Positions 57,472-64,000 of a stretch of DNA of 64,000 bases are shown piece after piece; positions within the stretch are counted from its first letter, which is position 1, and every line of letters begins with the position of its first letter. This DNA is from an uncultured Trueperaceae bacterium (GTDB lineage Bacteria; Deinococcota; Deinococci; Deinococcales; Trueperaceae), in the NCBI GenBank assembly GCA_963815215.1, contig CAWFFU010000004.1, positions 128,001 through 192,000 on the forward strand, read 5' to 3'. Position numbers and translations under genes: made by a program. A model generated the notes under the pieces. That model was not told the DNA's origin. It ran no database searches and saw only the letters and a program-made list of their open reading frames with translations.

Positions 57472-58752
57472 TCAGGGTGAGGACCGGCGCCCGGCAAGCG
57501 TGCGGTAGAGCCGTTCTCCCCCGAACGCCAGGAGCGCCAGGGCGGCGACCAGCCAGAGCTGCGCGGGGTGAGCGCTCGCCACCTGCACCAGCAGCGTGAG
57601 CAGCGCAGCGGCGGAGGCGGCGGCGGCCAGCCACGCGAGGCTCGGTCGCGCGCCGGTCCGGCCGGCGAGGCGCGCGCCGGCGACGTTGACGAAGGTGAAG
57701 ATCAGCAGGAAGCCTGCGCTGCCGACGGCCGCGATGCTGGTGAGCGGCACGACGTTCGCCAGGACCAGGGTGGCGCCGCCGGTGATGAGCAGCCCTTCGA
57801 TCGGTCGGTTCCACACCTTGCGTTCGAGCGCCGCCGGCAGCTCGCCGGAACGGGCGATCACGAAGCTGACGCGCGCCGCGCCGTAGAGCGAGGCGTTGAT
57901 GGCCGAGGCGGTCGAGAGCATCGCCGCGATCGCGATGAGGGCGAAGCCCGCCGTGCCCAGCGAGGGCTTCGCGGCCACCGCCAGCGCGTAGTCGCGGGCG
58001 TGGATCAGCGTGGCCTGCGGCACCGCGCCGACCGCCACCAGCGCTACCGCCACGTAGAGCGCCACCACGAAGCCGACGGCCAGGTGGTAGGCGCGAGGCA
58101 GCGTCGCTCGCGGGTCGCGAACGTCCTCGGCGGAGTTCGCGATCAGCTCGAAACCCTCGTAGGCCAGGAAGATGAGCATGCCGCCGGCCGCCAGCGCGAG
58201 CGGGGAGGCCCAGGTGGCCGGCGCCAGCCGGCTGCCTTGGATGGCGAACGCGCCTGCGCCGACGAACAGCAGCAGGATGGCGACCTTCAGACCCACGATG
58301 ACGGTCTCGGCCCGCCCCACCACGTCGGCGCCCAGCACGTTGAGCGCCGTGATCAGCACCAGCACAGCGCTGATCAGTAGGTGGCGAACGACGTCGTGGG
58401 CCGGCCCGGGGACGAAGCTCGCACCGTAGCTGCCGAAGGCCTGGGCGTACAGGGCCAGCATCACCAGGTAGCTCAGCCAAAGCAGGACGTTGAGCCCGCC
58501 GCTGAGCATGCCCGTGCCGAACGCCTGGTTGAGGAAGGTGACGGTGCCGCCGCGAGTGGGGAAGGCCAGGGTCAGGTGCACGTAACTGTTCGCGGTCAAC
58601 AGCGCCACCAGCCCGGCCAGCAGGAAGGCCAGCGGCGCGCCGCCGCCCGCCAGCTCGACCGCGAGCCCGAGCACCGCGAAGATGCCGCCGCCCACCATGC
58701 CGCCGACGCCGATGGCGACCGCCCCCCACAACCCGATGGTGCCTCGTCCCAC
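57472..58752 (-). CDS. APC family amino acid permease
   Basis: GVGGMVGGGIF, FLAYEGFELIAN.AED, STASAINASLYG; many TM segments. Confidence 0.9.
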   Translation of the reverse strand: MGRGTIGLWGAVAIGVGGMVGGGIFAVLGLAVELAGGGAPLAFLLAGLVALLTANSYVHLTLAFPTRGGTVTFLNQAFGTGMLSGGLNVLLWLSYLVMLALYAQAFGSYGASFVPGPAHDVVRHLLISAVLVLITALNVLGADVVGRAETVIVGLKVAILLLFVGAGAFAIQGSRLAPATWASPLALAAGGMLIFLAYEGFELIANSAEDVRDPRATLPRAYHLAVGFVVALYVAVALVAVGAVPQATLIHARDYALAVAAKPSLGTAGFALIAIAAMLSTASAINASLYGAARVSFVIARSGELPAALERKVWNRPIEGLLITGGATLVLANVVPLTSIAAVGSAGFLLIFTFVNVAGARLAGRTGARPSLAWLAAAASAAALLTLLVQVASAHPAQLWLVAALALLAFGGERLYRTLAGRRSSP

Positions 58753-58858
58753 GCCGATGCGCTCCCGTCCGATCGGTTTCCCGCCCAGCGTACCGCCGCG
58801 CGCGCGGGCGCAGCGCGACTCACACCTCGATACCTCCCGGGGGTATAAGATACGGGAC

Positions 58859-59182
58859 ATGGCGAAGCACCCGATCAAGCTGACCGATACCTCGTTCAAG
58901 CGCGCGACCAAGTCCGGGGTCGCCCTGGTCGACTTCTGGGCGCCCTGGTGCGGGCCCTGCCGCATGGTGGGTCCGATCGTGGAGGAGATCGCCGGCGAGC
59001 TCGGCGACAAGGTCCTGGTCGGCAAGTTGAACGTCGACGAGAACCCCAAGACCGCCATGCAGTTCCGCGTCCAGAGCATCCCGACCGTGCTGGTCCTCAA
59101 GGACGGCGAGCTGCAGCAGGCCATCGTGGGCGCGCGCCGCAAGGGGGACTACCTCGGGGCGCTTCAGAAGCAGCTGGCCTGA
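58859..59182 (+). CDS. trxA: Thioredoxin
   Basis: VDFWAPWCGPC, KLNVDENP, SIPT; ATG 7 nt behind TAAGAT. Confidence 0.96.
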   Translation: MAKHPIKLTDTSFKRATKSGVALVDFWAPWCGPCRMVGPIVEEIAGELGDKVLVGKLNVDENPKTAMQFRVQSIPTVLVLKDGELQQAIVGARRKGDYLGALQKQLA

Positions 59183-59375
59183 GCAGCTGGCCTGAGCCTC
59201 CGGCGCTCCCCGCGTGCTCACCTCAAGGCCTCCAGGGGCCGAAGCCGTCAGGCCCGAAGCGTCCCGGCATGGTGCTTCGCGTCATCGATACCCCAGCTCG
59301 CCCCAGCCCGGATCGCGTTGCCGTCACCCTGCTCGGGTCGGCTCGCTCGGGTCGCTCCGGTCAGGCCGCCCCCGG

Positions 59376-59879
59376 TCAGGCCGGCCCGCTCTCGGCGATG
59401 CGGCCCGTCGTCGCCAGGCGCGGGCTCAGCAGATGGTCGAGGCAGGCGTCGTAGGTCACACCCTGGCGGAAGTCGGCCGCCAGATCCTCGACGCTGACGT
59501 CGGCCAGCACCTCCAGCATGCGGTCGCGGACGCGTTCCCAGACCGTGCCACGCGCGTGGCAGCGGGACTCCTCGGGGCAGGCGGCGCGCCAGTTCAGGCT
59601 GACACAGGCCAGCGGCGCCACCGGTCCGTCGACGGCCCGGAGGACGTCACGCAGGCTGATCTCGAGGGCCGGGCGCGCCAGTGCGTAGCCGCCGCCGACG
59701 CCTTTCTTGGACGTGACCAGGCCGCGGCTGTTGAGCACCGCCAGCACTCTCAGTAGGTAGGGGCGCGCCACGCCGGTGGCGGTGCTGATGCCCCCGCTGG
59801 AGACCCAGCGGCCGCGCGGTTGGGTTCCCAGGAACCCCAGCGCCTGGAAGGCGTAGATGTCGGTGGCGGAGAGGCGCAT
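59376..59879 (-). CDS. Rrf2 family regulator with three Cys (possible Fe-S sensor)
   Basis: YL.RVL..L...[27 protein letters not shown]-x8-C-x5-C. Confidence 0.9.
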   Translation of the reverse strand: MRLSATDIYAFQALGFLGTQPRGRWVSSGGISTATGVARPYLLRVLAVLNSRGLVTSKKGVGGGYALARPALEISLRDVLRAVDGPVAPLACVSLNWRAACPEESRCHARGTVWERVRDRMLEVLADVSVEDLAADFRQGVTYDACLDHLLSPRLATTGRIAESGPA

Positions 59880-60077
59880 GGGCTCCCCCGAGTCTAGCAG
59901 CGCTCGCGGGGGCCGCGTCTCCAGGACGACGGCGCGAACGGCCACGGTCCGGGCAATATGGAGCCACCCAGAACGGTGCCGGAGCGCCGGCACCGGGGGC
60001 GCGAACGTTCGCGTGGCGCGCTCAGGTCCGAGCGCGCCCGAGCGAGCGCGCATCCTACAGGCGTGGAGGAGGTCGAG

Positions 60078-60941
60078 ATGAGCGAGTATGCGCATCCCGA
60101 GGTATTGGTGAGCACTGCGTGGGTCGAACAGCACGTCGCGGACGAAGGGATCCGCGTGCTGGAGGTCGACGAGGACGTGCTGCTATACGAGCAGGGTCAC
60201 GTTCAGGGAGCCACCAAGCTCGACTGGCACACCGAGTTGCAGCGACCGGACGTGCGCGACTTCGTCGATGCAGCAGGGTTCGCCGAGTTGATGGAAGCCA
60301 AGGGCGTGAGCAGCGACACCACGGTCGTGCTCTACGGCGACAAGTCGAACTGGTGGGCGGCGTACGCGTTCTGGTTCCTGAAGTACAACGGTCACGCGGA
60401 CGTGAGGCTCATGGACGGCGGACGCAAGAAGTGGACGAGCGAGGGCCGCGCCCTGAGCGCGGAGGTGGCCGATTCGAAGCGTGGGAGGTACCACGTTCCC
60501 TACCGCGATGCGTCCATCCGGGCCTTCGCCACCGATGTCCTGCGGCAGATCATCGCCGTCAAGGACGGTAGCGGGGCTCTGGTCGACGTCCGTAGCCCGC
60601 AGGAATACACCGGCGAGAAGCTCCACATGCCCGAGTACCCGCAGGAGGGCGCGCTGCGGGGCGGGCACGTGCCGGGCGCGCAGAGCATCCCTTGGGCGGA
60701 GGCCGTCGATGAGGACGGCACTTTCAAGGACGCCGAGGCGCTGCGCGAGCTCTACGGCTCGCACGGCGTGACGCCCGACAAGGACGTGGTGGCCTACTGC
60801 CGCATCGCGGAACGGAGCAGCCACACCTGGTTCGTTCTGAAGTACCTGCTGGGGTATCCCAACGTCCGCAACTACGACGGCTCCTGGACCGAGTGGGGCA
60901 ACATGGTCGGGGTGCCGATCCACCAGGGCGAGGCGGCGTAG
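60078..60941 (+). CDS. Tandem rhodanese sulfurtransferase (SseA/CysA-like)
   Basis: [62 protein letters not shown]. Confidence 0.95.
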   Translation: MSEYAHPEVLVSTAWVEQHVADEGIRVLEVDEDVLLYEQGHVQGATKLDWHTELQRPDVRDFVDAAGFAELMEAKGVSSDTTVVLYGDKSNWWAAYAFWFLKYNGHADVRLMDGGRKKWTSEGRALSAEVADSKRGRYHVPYRDASIRAFATDVLRQIIAVKDGSGALVDVRSPQEYTGEKLHMPEYPQEGALRGGHVPGAQSIPWAEAVDEDGTFKDAEALRELYGSHGVTPDKDVVAYCRIAERSSHTWFVLKYLLGYPNVRNYDGSWTEWGNMVGVPIHQGEAA

Positions 60942-61116
60942 TTCGATCGGGTCCGACGTTCCGACTTGTCCCTTGACGCCCCTTCCGGCAGCTTCATAGG
61001 CTCGCGGGGAAGCTTCTCTCAGCGCGGCGCCAGTGTGACCGCTGCCCGAAGCGGCGGTGATCACCCGGTGGACGCTCGCCACCGGCACGGCGCCCGCGCA
61101 TCTTAGGAGGTTGGGT

Positions 61117-62412
61117 GTGAGACGTAGAGTCGTAGCGTTCCTGGCGATCGCTGCCCTGGTGTTGGCTACCGTGGGCGTGGCGAGCGCGCAGCAATTCGAC
61201 TGGAAGCAGTTCTCCGGAACGAAGATCCGCTTCCTGATGAACCAGCATCCGTTCACGACCTTCATCCAGCCGCTGCTACCGGAGTTCGAACAGCAGACGG
61301 GTATCCAGGTCACCTTCGAGACCTTCCCCGAGGACCAGTTCCGTCAGCGCCGCCTGCTCGAGGCGAGCAGCGGGGCGGACACGCTCGACGGCTACATGAT
61401 CATGCCCGGTCAGGTGGGCGCTCAGTACCTCGAGGCCGGCTGGGTGCGCAACGTCGACGACTTCCTGGCCGATCCCACCATGACCGACCCCGGCATCGAC
61501 CTGAACGATTTCTTCGGCGGGGCGCTGAACACGTTCAAGAACAACGGCAAGGTGTTCGGCCTGCCGCTGCAGAACGAGACCAGTCTTCTGTTCTACCGCA
61601 AGGATCTGTTCCAGCAGGCCGGCATCCAACGGCCTCCTCAGGACATGGCGGAGCTGCTGGCCGATGCGGCGCTGCTGAAGCAAGGTCGGGTGGCGGGTTT
61701 CGCGATGCGCGGCAAGTCCGCCAGCGCGACCTCGCAGATCGTGAACTTCCTGATGTCCTTCGGGGGCGATTGGCTGAACGCCGACGGGACGTCGGCACTC
61801 AACAGTTACCAGAGCAAGCAGGCGCTGGCGTTCTATGCCGACCTGCTGCGCAACTACGGCCCTCCGGGCGAGTCGAACATGTCGTGGCCGGAGGTGACCA
61901 GCCTCTACGCGCAGGGCCAGGCGGCCATGATCTTCGATGCCAACGTGTTCCGCTCGATCATGGAGGACCCCAAGCAGGCCACCGATGTAGTGCGCAACAA
62001 CACCGGCTACGCGCCGCTCCCCGCGGGCCCGGCCGGCCTGCACCCGGTGGTGCTGGTGTGGGGTCTCAGCGTCAACCACGCCTCCAAGCACGCGGGCGCG
62101 GCCTGGTACTTCATCCAGTGGGCGCTCTCCAAGACAAACCAGGAGAAGGCCATCCTGGCCGGCGTTCCGGCAGCGCGTACCTCGGCCTGGCAGAACGAGG
62201 AGTTCATGAAGACGGCTCCGGCGGACTGGATCGACGCATCGCAGAAGAGCTTCGCGGTCGGCAATCCGAACTGGAACCCGCCGGTGAAGCCAGTGCCAGA
62301 AGTGCGCGATGCGTACGGTCAGGCGATCGTGGCGGCGCTCGAGGGCAAGCCTGTAGGCCCCGCTCTGGATCAGGCGGCGAAGTCGATCGACCAGATCCTG
62401 GCGAACCAGTAG
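61117..62412 (+). CDS. Carbohydrate ABC substrate-binding protein
   Basis: AGGAGG RBS, signal peptide ASA-Q, FEQQTGIQV, LFYRKDLF, WGLSV..SKH..AAWYFIQW. Confidence 0.9.
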   Translation: MRRRVVAFLAIAALVLATVGVASAQQFDWKQFSGTKIRFLMNQHPFTTFIQPLLPEFEQQTGIQVTFETFPEDQFRQRRLLEASSGADTLDGYMIMPGQVGAQYLEAGWVRNVDDFLADPTMTDPGIDLNDFFGGALNTFKNNGKVFGLPLQNETSLLFYRKDLFQQAGIQRPPQDMAELLADAALLKQGRVAGFAMRGKSASATSQIVNFLMSFGGDWLNADGTSALNSYQSKQALAFYADLLRNYGPPGESNMSWPEVTSLYAQGQAAMIFDANVFRSIMEDPKQATDVVRNNTGYAPLPAGPAGLHPVVLVWGLSVNHASKHAGAAWYFIQWALSKTNQEKAILAGVPAARTSAWQNEEFMKTAPADWIDASQKSFAVGNPNWNPPVKPVPEVRDAYGQAIVAALEGKPVGPALDQAAKSIDQILANQ

Positions 62413-62506
62413 CGTAGCGTTCGCGCAGACCCATGCTGCACGATCCTCGAGGGGATGAGGCGGTATGGGTCCGCGCGAGCCGCGTGCGCCAGCGAGGGAC
62501 CTGCCC

Positions 62507-63382
62507 ATGACCGAACGCGCAGCTCGATTCTTCGATCGCAACGCGCAGTGGCTCTTCCCGCTGCCAGCGGTGATCGCGATCGTGATCCTCTTCGTCGGTC
62601 CGGTGCTCGCGAACGCATACATCTCCGTTCACGACTGGTACATCGGCGCCACCCCCAAGTACATCGGTTTGGGGAATTTCGTCCGTGCTCTGAACGACCA
62701 TCGATTCTGGGGCGGCCTGAAGAACACGTTCTATTTCACGTTGGTGGCGGTTCCTGTGGAGCTGGTCCTGGGCCTGGGCATCGCCGTGCTCTTCAACCGC
62801 GACTTCCGCGGCAAGGGCCTGGTGCGCACGATCATCCTGCTCCCCATGGTCGCGACGCCGGTCGCCATCGCGCTCATCTGGGCGCTGATGTTCAACCCCA
62901 GCCTGGGCGTCATGAACTACTTCCTCGAGAGCCTGGGCCTGCCGCGCTCGCTATGGGTCGCCAGCGCGCAACTCGCCATCCCCTCGCTCACGCTCGTCGA
63001 CATCTGGGAGTGGACGCCGATGGTGGCGCTGATCCTGTTGGCGGCGCTGCAAGGCGTGCCCACCGAGCTCTATGAGGCCGCCATCATCGACGGCGCCGGG
63101 CCGGTGCAGGCCTTCCGATTCATCACGTTGCCCTCGATCCGCTCCGCGGCGGTCATCGCGCTCATCCTGCGCAGCATCGACGCGCTGAAGACGTTCGACA
63201 TCATCTACGTCATCACCCAGGGAGGGCCGGGGATCGCCTCGGAGACGCTCAACGTATTCGCCTTCAAGACCGGCTTCGAGTTCTTCCGGGCCGGATACGC
63301 CGCGTCGCTGCTGATCTTCCTGCTGGTGGCGGTGCTCGGCGTCTCGGTGCTGCTCAACATGACGCGTCGGAGCCCGGCATGA
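62507..63382 (+). CDS. Carbohydrate ABC permease (MalF-like)
   Basis: IGLGNF, LPMVATP, DIWEWTP, ELYEAAIIDGA, TQGGPG. Confidence 0.94.
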   Translation: MTERAARFFDRNAQWLFPLPAVIAIVILFVGPVLANAYISVHDWYIGATPKYIGLGNFVRALNDHRFWGGLKNTFYFTLVAVPVELVLGLGIAVLFNRDFRGKGLVRTIILLPMVATPVAIALIWALMFNPSLGVMNYFLESLGLPRSLWVASAQLAIPSLTLVDIWEWTPMVALILLAALQGVPTELYEAAIIDGAGPVQAFRFITLPSIRSAAVIALILRSIDALKTFDIIYVITQGGPGIASETLNVFAFKTGFEFFRAGYAASLLIFLLVAVLGVSVLLNMTRRSPA

Positions 63383-64000
63383 GCGCCCTGAGCCAGGGCG
63401 GCCCCCGGCGCGCGCAGGCCACGCCGGCCGGTGACCGGCGCAGGCGCCGCCTGCGCCAGGCGCTCATCTACCTGCTGATGGCCGTGGTGATCGTCATCCT
63501 GCTGTTCCCGTTCTACTGGATGATCCTCACCAGCCTGCGCAACCAGGTCGACAACACCAGCCCGGTACCGGTGTGGTTCTTCAAGCCGACGCTGGACAAC
63601 TACCTCAACGTCATCCGCCAGAACAACTTCCTGGCCTACACCTGGCACTCCCTGGTGATCGCCACGCTGGCGACCAGCGTGGGCCTGGTCCTCGGGCTGC
63701 CGGCGGCCTACTCGATCGCCCGCTACAAGCAGAACGGCCTCGCCTTCGCCATCCTGATGGCTCGGCTGACCCCCTACATCACCTACCTGGTGCCCTGGTA
63801 CATGGCCTTCCGTGCCCTGCACCTGATCGACACCTACGTCGCCCTGACGGCGACGCACCTGATCGTGGGGATGCCGTTGATCATCTGGATCATGATCTCG
63901 TTCTTCGAAGAGGTGCCGCGAGATCTGGAGGAGGCGGCGTACGTCGACGGAGCCAGCCGCTTCGGGACGTTCACGCGCATCGTGCTGCCGCTCTCGACTC
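63379..64000 (+). CDS. Carbohydrate ABC permease (MalG-like); runs off the window
   Basis: Manual translation from ATG 63379: LFPFYWMILTSL, PTLDNY, LPAAYSIAR, VPRDLEEAAYVDGA. Confidence 0.92.
   Translation, partial: MSALSQGGPRRAQATPAGDRRRRRLRQALIYLLMAVVIVILLFPFYWMILTSLRNQVDNTSPVPVWFFKPTLDNYLNVIRQNNFLAYTWHSLVIATLATSVGLVLGLPAAYSIARYKQNGLAFAILMARLTPYITYLVPWYMAFRALHLIDTYVALTATHLIVGMPLIIWIMISFFEEVPRDLEEAAYVDGASRFGTFTRIVLPLST

Noticed and set aside
59169..59197. 13-bp tandem duplication over the trxA stop (agcagctggcctg x2); similar 11-bp repeats at the bioY stop (~6808-6840)
   Set aside because: Small slippage duplications with no coding consequence and no sign of an inserted element
61007..61018. 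gggaagcttctc near-palindrome as an operator for the sugar ABC operon
   Set aside because: Short, imperfect, single copy and no cognate regulator in the window

Overview
High-GC bacterial chromosome segment, most likely Deinococcota (Trueperaceae-like). This is inferred from gene content and from several genes whose start codon lies only 5-7 nt behind a TAnnnT -10 box, the leaderless architecture typical of Deinococcus-Thermus. Layout: (i) 1-7.7 kb housekeeping genes (CCA/poly(A) polymerase family, coaE, exported protein, tkt, thioesterase, bioY, methyltransferase). (ii) 7.8-14.7 kb accessory patch: a candidate structured sRNA with a long match to the 16S anti-SD tail, a tRNA 3'-end fragment, secreted YD-like, Ig-like and NHL proteins, and gene fragments. 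(iii) 14.9-42.7 kb: an uncharacterised ~28 kb GntR/FadR-linked catabolic island. It encodes ThDP E1 alpha/beta, an E2 lacking its catalytic His, no E3, an AhpD-like CxxC protein, two M24-fold enzymes with remodelled metal sites, a DHPON-hydrolase-like enzyme, an ACMSD-like amidohydrolase, a phytoene-desaturase-family FAD oxidoreductase, two ALDHs and two paralogous HAAT ABC transporters. It is driven by two homologous back-to-back promoter/operator cassettes. (iv) 42.8-64 kb: FadF-like Fe-S oxidoreductase, PAS/GAF/HD-GYP protein, SCO, Crp, pyrR-pyrB-pyrC with a PyrR attenuator, orphan response regulator, peptide ABC genes, APC permease, trxA, Rrf2, sulfurtransferase and sugar ABC genes. No rRNA, intact tRNA, CRISPR array, integrase or transposase was seen. 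All calls come from reading motifs by eye; no database search was run.
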